From NCBI GenBank assembly GCA_963816145.1, contig CAWFJP010000014.1:352001-416000 (forward strand): a DNA stretch of 64,000 nt, written 5' to 3'. This DNA is from an uncultured delta proteobacterium. GTDB lineage: Bacteria; Desulfobacterota; Binatia; UBA9968. The translations under genes were made by a program, and so were the position numbers. This document shows, piece by piece, positions 62,843-64,000 of the stretch (within the stretch, counting starts at the first letter, position 1; the number at the start of each line of letters is the position of its first letter). A model generated the notes under the pieces. The model was given only the letters and a program-made list of their open reading frames with translations, did not search any database and was not told the DNA's origin.

Positions 62843-64000
62843 CTACGTATCGGATTGGGGCGGCACCGGCAGGCCGAGAAAAAACCAGCTAATTAGCACG
62901 CCGACGCCGATCAATTCCGGCAGCGCCGGTGAAATATGGATCAAAGCGCCGCCAAGCATGCCACCGAGGGACGAGCCGATGAAGCCAAAGGAGTTATAGA
63001 CGCCGCTCGCCGTGCCGCGTCCGGCGGCGGGCACTTGCTGGGTTAGAAATGTCGGCAGTATCGGCTGGTAGATGCTGTAGCCAAGGAAAAATGCCGCGCC
63101 GCTGACGTAGAGCAACAGCTCGTATTGCGCGCCGAAAAGGTAAATCGCGTAGCCTACGGTGGCGCTAAGCCAGCCGATCATGATCGGCCGGCGAAACCGT
63201 CCAGCTTTCTCGGCACGCCGCATGTAGGGGAAGACCAGTAGGACGCTGGGCGAGAATATAATCAAGTAGACCTTCCAGAGCTGGGCTTTGTCGAAGCCAA
63301 CCTCGGTCCAACTCAATGGATAGGTGAAAAAAAACAGATTGAGTGCGAACGACAGCACGAACGTCGCGATGAAAATCGGTCGCAATCGCGCTTGGGCGAG
63401 GACGGATTTGAATCCCATCGGCGATTCGGACCCGGTGCGCGGTTGCTCCAGTGGGAACGAAGTGGCGGTTAAAACCATCGAGAGAAATCCCAGGGCGGCC
63501 AATAGATAAAACAAACCGTTAAGACCGATTTTCGCGGCAAGAAACGGCCCGGCCAGCAGGCCGATCATGAACGACGCGCCGATGGCGATCCCGGTGATCG
63601 TGTAGGCTTGGGCGCGCACGCTCGGTCGGGTGAGATCGGCGAGCACGGCGAAGGCAACCGCGCCCACAGCGCCGGTCCCTTGGAGCGCCCGCGCCAGAAT
63701 CAGTCCGTAAATGTCGTGCGCCCAAGCGCAACCGACGCTGCCCAAAGTAAACAGCAGCAGACCAGCCAGCAGGACCGGTTTGCGTCCCCAGCGGTCGCTG
63801 GCCCACCCTAAGGGAATTTGAAAGAAGCATTGCACCAGCGCGTAAATGCCGAAGGCGACACCAGCCAAAGCGGGCGACGCGCCCGGGTAGCGCACCGCGT
63901 AGGCGCTGAAGATCGGCAGCATGAGGAAGATTCCAAGCAGCCGCAGGGCGGAGATCAGGCTAACGGTAATGACCGGCGCGATCTCTGCGCGAGTGAAGGA
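62843..64000 (-). CDS. MFS transporter (YajR-like), start lies beyond window end
   Basis: ALRLLGIFLMLP, GWASDRWGRKP, RALQGTGAVG. Confidence 0.88.
   Translation of the reverse strand, partial: SFTRAEIAPVITVSLISALRLLGIFLMLPIFSAYAVRYPGASPALAGVAFGIYALVQCFFQIPLGWASDRWGRKPVLLAGLLLFTLGSVGCAWAHDIYGLILARALQGTGAVGAVAFAVLADLTRPSVRAQAYTITGIAIGASFMIGLLAGPFLAAKIGLNGLFYLLAALGFLSMVLTATSFPLEQPRTGSESPMGFKSVLAQARLRPIFIATFVLSFALNLFFFTYPLSWTEVGFDKAQLWKVYLIIFSPSVLLVFPYMRRAEKAGRFRRPIMIGWLSATVGYAIYLFGAQYELLLYVSGAAFFLGYSIYQPILPTFLTQQVPAAGRGTASGVYNSFGFIGSSLGGMLGGALIHISPALPELIGVGVLISWFFLGLPVPPQSDT

Overview
GC-rich bacterial chromosome segment. The gene content (many Bug/SsuA/AfuA-type binding proteins, MFS, GMC oxidoreductases, dense REP-like palindromes) resembles uncultured soil Deltaproteobacteria such as Ca. 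Binatia; this taxonomy is inference only. Single-base frameshifts are frequent, mostly at 38-49 kb, and are probably long-read errors. No rRNA, tRNA or CRISPR array was seen. Highlights: (1) An apparent regulatory cascade. A MEDS-3xGAF sigma54 activator faces a sigma54 promoter that drives STAS + ECF sigma + zf-HC2 anti-sigma. A bipartite motif GCAHCN-N16-CRTCTAA sits on the minus strand in front of 11 transcription units in two clusters 32 kb apart. These units cover MOSC, GMC/VOC, DM13, spondin, GlcG/gluconolactonases, a nucleotidyltransferase, glucose dehydrogenase/aquaporin, three orphan small proteins and thioredoxin-msrPQ. (2) Two genes split by an in-frame TGA at Cys positions, probably selenoproteins: an OsmC-like protein and an exported UxxC thioredoxin heading msrPQ. 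(3) A decayed integron with a co-oriented intI 3' remnant, attC sites and three cassettes. (4) Internally deleted pseudogenes and many families of short palindromic repeats.
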